From Chrysomallon squamiferum (Eukaryota; Animalia; Mollusca): DNA of 64,000 nucleotides. A program made the position numbers and the translations under genes. Below are positions 58,364 through 64,000 of the stretch, in pieces. The DNA lies in the NCBI GenBank assembly GCA_012295275.1, contig CM022671.1, forward strand, positions 24,676,001-24,740,000, written 5' to 3'. How positions within the stretch are numbered: the stretch's first letter is position 1; each line of letters begins with the position of its first letter. A model generated the notes under the pieces. It saw only the letters and a program-made list of their open reading frames with translations. It had not been told where the DNA came from and ran no database searches.

Positions 58364-61281
58364 ATAATAATAATAAAAAGAAAAAGAAATAATACTTACA
58401 GAATAAATTCCACCATGAGAAGCTGGGGATGCTGGTGAAACCAAGCTCTCTTTAGAGGCAGACAAATGTCGACTTCCCTCTGTCAAAAAAATTTAAATTT
58501 ATAAAATAAATTATCCAAAGCCCATTAAAAATACAAAACTGTAAAATAACATACAAATTATTTAAGTATTTTTATGAGCATGAAATTTCAATAACCTTTT
58601 TCTTTATAAAATATTCCATCATTTTGTCTGAAATGGTTGCTAAATGAAATATGGGATGAAAAGATGACAAGATGCAGAAAGAAAAGATGAAGAAACAAGA
58701 TAATATAAAGCAACAGATCTACAAAGACATTTATGCACAAAAGACCAAACAATAATAACAAACTACAAATTTATACATTTCAATAAAAAACAGTTAGAAC
58801 GTTTTATTTTCTAATGAAACCATTAAAACTATTAGAAAAGTTAAAAAATAAATACAAATAATAATGAAGAAATATATAAATTCTAACATGCAAGAAAGAC
58901 AATGATTGATTCAAAAAAAAAAAATTTTTTTTTTTCAAATCAAAGCATTAGAAATCAAATAAAATTAAAATATTCAATCACAAATGTGAAATGATAAAAC
59001 CAGATACACATGCTGTATTTAATAACGCAATTTTAGGGGAAAAAAAAAAAAAAATTAATAAATTACAGAAATATCAAGGTAAGGAAGCAAAACAGTTCAT
59101 GGAGCCAAACAGTTGAAAAGAAAAAAAACATCTGTAAAATATATTAAAATATGCTAAAAAAACCAAAAAAAAAAAAGCAAATAAATCATGCAAATTCACA
59201 GTTCGCTTGAACAGTGGAAAAAAGAATCATGCTGCAATGAGATAGGGTCATTCATTGAAAACAGCAAAAATGAAATGAAAAGGGAGCTGGGATGCTCATA
59301 CCCTTTAAATGAACGCCACTAAACTGTCCTTTTCCACTTGGTAATCTCTCTTGATATTCATGTGGAAAACAGATTTAATTTCATAAACCTTCTCATTCTT
59401 TGATTTTTGTCTATATCTGATACTGAATTATTTAACATGTGTCTGATATTCTAAAACATATTTACACTGGTATTGATAAATGAATAAAAAGTAGACCTTT
59501 AATTAATATAATTAAATGCAATGTTACATGACAAATCAATGAGTAAGAATTTGTTTTTTATTTCATCAAACTGTCATGGACTAGTAATAAGATAGTGAAT
59601 TAAATCAAGTAATTGTTTTTTTACAACTAATACTGAGTCTTTATTGTGCAATTATGAATTAGCTATTCTACATTTTATTATTTTTAAATGTCAGTTAATG
59701 TGATGGCATTAAGCTTTGATATAAATGGCTAATGATGAAAGCTAAATACAATAGAGTTGAGAAGAGAAAAAGCTCATTCACAAACCAAGTGAGTCATGCT
59801 CAAACGCCGAAGTCATACCATCTTCCACAGTGAGAGCATCTGCTGAATGGGCCTGTTCACTGGATTTTCCAGCACCCACTGCAGCATCATCGTGTTTGGG
59901 ATCCTGTTCTTGTGTTCCATTCACATCCTCTTCAACCACAGCACTGTCTATGGATAGTTTTGTCACCACGACACAGTCATCAGCACTGCCTTCCTGTTCG
60001 GCTTTTGAGTTTTCTATCATTTCACAGTCCTCCAGTGAATCGAGTTTTGACCTGTCAGTTGATGAACCACCTCGCGTTATCGAATCTCCCAGGCCATCGT
60101 CGGGACTGTCCGTCAGTGAACTGATTCGCCGAACGTGGACTGGGGTGTCCGTCTGCACAACCTGGTCCTGTTTCTGAACTGGACAACCGACATCACTGAC
60201 ACTTGACCGTTCTGCTGTTGGTGTTGTCATAGCTGTAGAGCTTTCCTCAACCACGGTCTCGGGGTGAGAGAACTCCTCGGAGTCAAACGACTCAAAGACG
60301 TCATTGCTCAGATTGGAATCTTTTCTTGCCAAAGGAATGTGTCCATCATTACTCTCCTTCGAAAGCTTGGCCAGGTTTGCAGCCATGATCTCCTTGTCTC
60401 GTTGCCGGACAATAGCCTCAACAGCCAGCCACTCAGACATCACTCTTTCATACTCATCTTGTATGTGAGAGTCTCTTGTTTCTCGTTCTGATGGTTCACT
60501 GCCAAACTTGTAATGTCCTAACAAGTAGGGCCACACCTTGAAAGTAATTTGTAACACAAATTTAGAGAAATAATTTATTGAACATTTTCTTGTTCTTTTA
60601 TTATGAATAAGTTATTTTTATTTTCTGTTTTCATCATGCAACAGTTAGTTGCTAAACCCTATTCATATTATAATTAGAAAATGATATATTTAAAAATACA
60701 CGTTATCTTAAAACCTATCTTCAGCAACTTCATACGTATATTAATTATTAAGAACTTAACTGTGCTACTGCTCAGGATTGCACTTTGTTTCTTGTTCAGT
60801 AAAAGTGGATCTAGTTACTTTAATATTTAATATGTGTTTGAAATAATACTATATTGGTATAAGTTAGCTTGATGCTAGGAGAAAGTTCATATCACATATT
60901 GTCTGAAAATAATTTTGACATCAAAGATGTGCTGTGCTGAAATATAAGACAGTACTGACTGCTTAAATCCATGGAAAATAAAAGTGAAATGAGAGAGAGG
61001 TATTTTCTCACCTCTTTCCTCAACTCGTGACAAACACCACCATAATACACAAGACGATAAATTTCTCCTGAGTTGATAACCTGAAATAACAGATTTAATA
61101 ATAATAATAAAAATAAAAATAACACCACCACCACCAAAACAAACAATTTTAATAATTCTAACTTCAAATATATATCCAAATAGCTTAGAGAAAAACTAAG
61201 AATATCCCACTGAAGTAAAATCTAAGAAATATCTACAGTATAAATTAGTGAGTATTTCACTGCTTCTTTTATTAGTTTTAA

Positions 61282-61327
<46 letters not shown>

Positions 61328-64000
61328 TTTCTGATTTTTACCCTGTATATCTGATTATAACAAAGTAAATTTTAAACTTACTACTCCATTATTATTGAGC
61401 TCCTGCCACAGTTCTTTGGTCAGGCCTCCCATGGCATCATGTGGATTGTCGGCAGCTACTATTTTCCCATTGACCAAACCTGACAGGTGTGTGCGGACTG
61501 TCTTCAAGTGACGACAATGTGCAAGCCCTGAAACAAATTTTACAATCTCAATAAAAAAGGAATCACAAATTAAAGGACAAATCAATCTTGAATCACTAGA
61601 AGAATAAGTTTCAAATAGATTCTGTTTTCCTGCCTAAAGCGAAAAAGATAAAAAATTATCCAAGAAAAGTTCCCTTGCTGGTTTTAGATTATGACTGCTC
61701 GTGGCGTGATGGCAGTAGATTTACAAATTTTTATCATGATTGTACATTCATTCATTCTTTGGCTGGATATAAGAAGAAAGGTTAATTAAAATTAATCTCA
61801 TAAAGTTTAGATAATGATAAAATGGGATTTTTCACCTCTTAGAATGGAAAAAAAAAATAAAAAAAATAAAAAAGTAAATTACAATTAAATAAAATAATAA
61901 TAATAAAAAAATAAAAAAATAATAATACATTGGGACTGTTTCCAGAGTGTTGCTATAACCATTAACAGGAATCTATTTAATACTCACAACCATAGAATGC
62001 CCTCGATATGATTTGTTTCCTCATAGTGTCACACAACTGTTTTATGTGTGCTCTGAAACAAAATGGTAATTTGTTAACAAGATTACAAAAGATAAAAACC
62101 CCAAACAAATAACAAAGAGGCAAGAATAATGATTAAACAAAATTTAAGGCTATACAACCTTGTTTAATACATACCCTTTCACGCATCGAGCATTTGACAA
62201 CTGTTACTCATATTTTAATGTATCTTTAATATTGTTATTGTTAAATTTGTAGCACAACTTCGGTTGTTCCGTTATTAAATTTAACAATGGTCTTATAAAA
62301 TCTGACAATTGTAGTAGATCAGATATTTGTATTGTTAAATTTAACAACAGTAGTACCCATTTTTTTAAATTGTTTGTCACTGGTTTAGTAATTGTAATTG
62401 TAATATATTCTTATGTTTAGAGTTTACATGGAACATCTCTTCAATAGTCATGCTTTTTATCTGAAGAAAATCAAGTTTGTATGCAACATCAGCTTTAAAA
62501 TAAAAGTGAGTGGTACTGGTTTTAATATTTTCATAAACAATATAATGTATTTCCATTCTCTCATATTTAATTAAACAAAGAAACCAAGATATTTTGACAA
62601 AACCAAAAAAAATAAATAATAAAATAAACAGTGAAAAGAAAAGAAAAAAGAGTTACATAAAATAATTCAAGGAATATTTCTAAGTTTGTGAATATTAAAT
62701 GTGAATTTTAACTTAATTAAAGTAAAAGAAATAACATTAAATACAATAAAATAAAATAAAACGAACACTTTATTTTCACACCAAACTTTGGAAAAGACAA
62801 ATGTAACAAATTGTACAGCCATCAAAACAGAGGAAAACAACCAGGTAATATGTATATATCTAAAAATATTATTTAAAACATGCACTTAAAATCTTTTTTA
62901 CAGTTAATATTTAAATCAAAGATAGATTTAGAAAAAGGTTTTGAGAAAAGAAATGAAATTTAGAAAACATTAATATATAAATACGATTTGAAATTTTGCA
63001 GAAGGGAACAATAATTATAAAAGGACATTGACTGAAAAAAGGTTTCACTATCTTTGATTTCAGTATAGCAGATAGTAAATAGTTTCATTATTTACTGGAA
63101 ACAGTGCACAACAGAATTATAAATTTCATTTAAATTTTGGATTTAAAGTGATCTAGCCAAATTCTAAATACAAAGAATGAGATTTTAAATTTGGCAGCCA
63201 AAAATTTGTAGATATCGTCATTTCCAGTGTGAGATGTGGAAACCCAGTGTATGTATTTGTGATCTGAGACACATACAGGTACCTGTGGTTGGCCCCGCCC
63301 TGCACCATTGTCTGGGAGAGGCAGGTGTTGTTTTGGACTTCCTGTGACTTGGCGTATGACTGCATGGATGACTGAGTTAGAGGACTCGGAGGTAACTGAC
63401 GGCGCATTGCCCAGGGCGACTGGTCACATGGCTGTTTAGCTTTCGGATCCATCATTTCTGGAGCTGAAGTAATAATAACAAAAATAATAAGAAGAAGAAG
63501 GATGATGATGATGATGATGAGGATGAAAATAAATAAATAAATAAATAAGAAATAAACAATTATATATATATAAAAATATTTTGTATTAGCAACAACAGTA
63601 ATAAAAGTAATCTTGAAATTAATTTTTGTGCTTTACAGAAAATAAAAATAAAAGAAATTGTTAAGAGAGTAAACACAATAAACACATATAAGCAAAACAA
63701 ACCTACATTTTGTTCTCACATTATTAATAAAAAAATATATGTTAGTATTTTACATGTTGATATGTTATGACACATGAAACACAGTCAAACAAAATGTATA
63801 AATAATAAAACATAAAGATCAAACAAGTTTCAAGTTGACGTGTTACAGAAGGTACATTCATCTCCAGTTTGGATGAAGAGTGTGTTTTAGAAAAATAAAT
63901 GTCACCTACTAATGGAATTTGGTTTGAATGATGAAATTATTCGAAACACATAATCTGTAGCTTCTTCTTCATCAGCACTGGAACTGCTGCTTCCAAGACT
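55230..64000 (-). CDS. SGSM1: Small G protein signalling modulator 1/2-like Rab GAP (TBC domain), 5'-truncated by the window edge
   Basis: Exons in transcript order: 64000-63910, 63463-63283, 62052-61988, 61527-61382, 61080-61012, 60536-59786, 58479-58400, 57761-57637, 57414-57332, 56875-56766, 56416-56320, 55839-55672, 55318-55230. Motifs: [57 protein letters not shown], Arg finger [12 protein letters not shown], Gln finger [22 protein letters not shown], and C-terminus [15 protein letters not shown]...QTLIENK*. Likely co-orthologous to SGSM1 and SGSM2. Confidence 0.95.

Noticed and set aside
59830-60491. Plus-strand ORFs opposite the large SGSM exon, and similar antisense ORFs within 39182-41206 and 43230-47301
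   Set aside because: They are antisense shadows of real coding exons with no independent support.

Overview
Very AT-rich, microsatellite-dense eukaryotic genomic DNA with GT-AG introns. It is probably from an invertebrate animal, possibly a mollusc; the taxon is inference only. Most ORF-track entries are microsatellite read-throughs. I assembled five protein-coding genes by hand from splice signals. (1) An 8-exon secreted M14B metallocarboxypeptidase (+, 16762..22003, 410 aa) with an unusual S1' pocket, preceded by a decayed paralogue at ~10.4-11.4 kb. (2) An NLR-type gene (+, 27233..41132, ~1136 aa) with the order DZIP3-like HEPN, CARD, NACHT, LRR; the HEPN RNase motif and several NACHT motifs are degenerate, and there are two candidate first exons. 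(3, 4) Two 275-aa class I SAM methyltransferase genes from a recent ~3.9-4.0 kb head-to-tail duplication, with 7 non-synonymous and no synonymous changes in exon 3. (5) The 3' part of an SGSM1/2-like Rab-GAP (TBC domain) gene on the - strand (55230..64000). Also present: an internally deleted Tigger/pogo transposon, several MITE-like foldbacks, minisatellites and the possible 5' end of a - strand gene running off the left edge. The best candidate for a new system is the HEPN-CARD-NACHT-LRR receptor with apparently inactivated enzymatic modules. All domain calls come from motif recognition, not database searches.
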